A stretch of 64,000 bases of DNA from Octopus bimaculoides (taxonomy: Eukaryota): contig NC_068994.1 of the NCBI RefSeq assembly GCF_001194135.2, positions 26,752,632-26,816,631 on the forward strand. The letters run 5' to 3'. How positions within the stretch are numbered: position 1 is the stretch's first letter; every line of letters begins with the position of its first letter. Shown in pieces: positions 61,110-64,000 of the stretch. A program made the position numbers and the translations under genes. Under the pieces are notes generated by a model that saw nothing but the letters and a program-made list of their open reading frames with translations, was not told where the DNA came from and searched no databases.

Positions 61110-61469
61110 AGGTGTATCTATTAGCATAGTATAGTTTGAATGAAGCATCGTGGGATATTTAAAGTTAAAATTGAAGTAATTCAAAAGCCAATATAATGTC
61201 AGTTGAAATGCAGAAGTGAAAACAAGTAAACAAAACAGAACAACAATTTGTACCTTACCATATATTTCTCTATTTTAGTGTTAATTCCCCATTCATAAGA
61301 AGAAAATGGGGGATGGTGTTGGTATCTTTTGCTCAGATGAAAGGGAAGTGGGTAAGGAGTTGTAACATACACAGACAGCTATAGTTACAACAACCAATCT
61401 GTCTCATTCAACTTATCTGTTTTTGATAACTGGTTTCAGTTTATGAAAGAGGAGGATTGCATTGATCAT

Positions 61470-62000
61470 CAAATTGCCAATTGTTACATTCTGTTGCTGT
61501 AATGGGAACTGTTAAGTTCTGTGTATAGCATTTCTTTAAGAGTGTTTTTGAATGATGTGTTTGTTTGCATGTGTCCCTCGATGTGGATATGTAGCATTCT
61601 GATTGTGCTTCCTATGTAGGAACCATTACAGTTACTGCAGACTTTTGGGTATATTACACGTTTGTACTGTTCATGAGGTAGTTGGCCAGTGGGCACATCT
61701 CGTTGCTGTCTGTTAGTTGATTTCCAGACAAAAATTTCCTCAATACAGGACCAGAGTACATCTTAGGAAGGATATACCATCTCTAGAAGTGTGGATCTTC
61801 CTTTGATGTATAAGAACTTTCTGACATTTGCAAAAAGATGTTTGCACAGCTATCATTTAGCAGAACCATTTGCAGTCATTTGATGTTAGTGGACTTATCT
61901 GTTGCTTCACTGCACCTGTAGGTAGCTTTGGCTCTGATGGAAAGGGCTGACTAATAGTGAACAATTAGATCCTGCTGGCCATTTTCCTGTCAGAATTCAT
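61470..62000 (-). mobile_element. Penelope-like GIY-YIG endonuclease remnant (second lineage)
   Basis: RVIYPKVCSNCNGSYIGSTIRMLHIHIEGH. Confidence 0.75.
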
Positions 62001-62306
62001 ATAAATAAATGCTGCCTCTCTAATCTTGAGTTGGGAATTAAGCAAGGAGAGAGAGAGGGAGGGGAGAGAGAGAGAGAGGGAGAAATCCAGTATCACTAGG
62101 GTGTGTGATTTCAAACTGATGGTCTCCTCCCAAAAAGAAGTCAACATTACCTAGAGAAGACAACTTAAGTCATAACCAATGGGTTTAAAGAAAAAGTTCC
62201 TATCTAGAAATATAAGATAAAGTACAAACTGTTATTTTGTCATATTTACATCTGTTTCCACTGTTTCAATTGAATTGTATGGGCTTTTGAACACGCACAC
62301 ACACAC

Positions 62307-62339
<33 letters not shown>

Positions 62340-62455
62340 TGCTTGCACATATACATGCATAGAAAATACACACACACACTCACAGATGCAGACACACACA
62401 TATAATCATAACCATTGTCTAGTGCCTACTATTCTATGTTTCCATGGGTTTAACT

Positions 62456-62504
<49 letters not shown>

Positions 62505-62729
62505 GTGTGCGTGTGTGTATGTGTATCGTCAGTAAGAACTCGTTTCTGAGTATTTAGTACATTTCAGTTTAGGTGGAGGGGTGCTCATTTATGCTGTAGG
62601 GGATGATGGGATTTCTGATGGCTAATAATCCCAATTCTTGTTTTAAACAGCCTATTGCAAGAATCACATTGGATTGTAGGTGCTGGTTGGAGTTGGGTTG
62701 CTCCAACTTTCCTACATTGTTGTTTCATT

Positions 62730-64000
62730 CCAAATCAATTCTTTTGTTTCCTTTAAAACAGAATATTCCTGCCTTGATCAAATTTCACCAAACAGTGTAT
62801 TGGTTGGATGTCATACTCTTCAGAGTTTTCTTCAATTAGTCTTTGTAGCATTGCAGGGGCCATCCACAAATGTGTCTCCCACTGTTTAGTTTCCCCAATA
62901 GGAATATCTTTGGGAACCTGTTTTCCCTCATGTGCGCCATGTGGCCTGCCCATCTGAGGTGGTGCTTGATGTTTGTAGCCTCCATGCTAATTTGTCCCAC
63001 TCTCTTTTGTACATAACATTGGTAACATAGTCTTCCCATTTGATGTCCATGATAGACCAGAGTTTCTTGTGATGGAGTTGTTCAAGCTTTTTGGGGTTAT
63101 AGCAGTACAAGGTCCATGTCTCACAACAGGACAGACACAATTGTACACCTTCATTTTAGTTTGGATAGTATGATGACTGCTCCCAAAGACTCTACTGGAG
63201 AGCTTCCCACAGGCTGAGTGTTCTGCTTGGACCTTGTTTCTACATCATTTGATGATGTATATTGAACAGACAAGAGGTTACCAAGGTAAGGGAACTACTC
63301 AACACATTCAATGGAAGTTCTACTAATGGTGATGTTACATTTTGGTGGGTCACATCCAGGTAGTGGTTGTACAATGATTTTAGTTTTGTCTTTGTTAACT
63401 GTTAGCCAAACTGAGAATATGCCATGCAGAAATTGTTGACAAATTGTTGTAAGGCTTAGTGGGTGGGCAGGGGCAGTGTTATTATCTGCATACTGCATTT
63501 CATTTACTTTGATGGTGTTGGTGTGATGCTGAGAGTGGAGTCTTGATAGATTAAAAAGTCCTCCATCAATATGATACTTGATTTCTACACCTGAGTTGTT
63601 CTAGGAAATTTCATGGGAGCATTGTAAAGTGAGAAGAGTGTGGGTGCAAGGAAACAGCCCTGTTGCAGACCACACATTTCCTTGGTTCCTGCACAGAGGC
63701 TGCAGAGATCACAAGTGTTGGCAAAGTGCTGCAGTTCAACAGCTTTTTATTGACACCAGTTTTTCTGGACTTCTGTTAGTCTGATTTACATTGACCTTTC
63801 ACATATTTGAAATGCACCTTTTTTTCCATCGATTGTGAGTCTTGTTCACAGCTGACGTTTTGTTTCGCATGTATTAGCACTGCAATTTCAATTTCATTAC
63901 TATTTATCCAGTCTTGGTTTTTCCTTCTTCTAAAACCAATGGTTGTTTCAACTGCATCATTTACCACTTCTTGGATAGTGATCTATTCTGTGTCTATTGA
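62730..64000 (-). mobile_element. Decayed RTE-clade LINE ORF2 (runs off the window)
   Basis: GLQQGCFLAPTLFSL, MQYADNN, CCETWTLY, HHLRWAGHMAHMRENRFPKIFLLGKL. Confidence 0.88.

Overview
AT-rich eukaryotic nuclear DNA, dense in microsatellites and repeats. The SINE and LINE families and a mitochondrial insert that reads in the invertebrate mitochondrial code point to an octopus or other coleoid cephalopod (inference). I could not identify an exon of a host nuclear gene; most ORF-track entries are translated microsatellites or N-gaps. The window is a layered set of mostly decayed mobile elements: RTE and RTE-X LINEs, L1/Tx1, R4/Dong, CR1-like and Penelope-like retroelements, tRNA-derived SINEs, mariner, maT and piggyBac-type DNA elements, and foldback MITEs. 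Best observations: (1) a TSD-bounded Ty3/Gypsy element (14250-17544) with no tRNA PBS but a perfect 13-nt complement to its own LTR, i.e. Tf1-style self-priming geometry in a double-zinc-knuckle gag lineage; (2) a Helitron remnant with an OTU deubiquitinase domain that keeps its catalytic motifs, upstream of RepHel (20705-22050); (3) an ND5 NUMT (18182-18319); (4) an ORF1-only zinc-knuckle retroelement resembling HAL1; (5) an R4/Dong element whose RT core is inverted between two 6-bp palindromes; (6) two dispersed copies of an unidentified ancestral ORF. All family calls come from motif recognition by eye; no database search was run.
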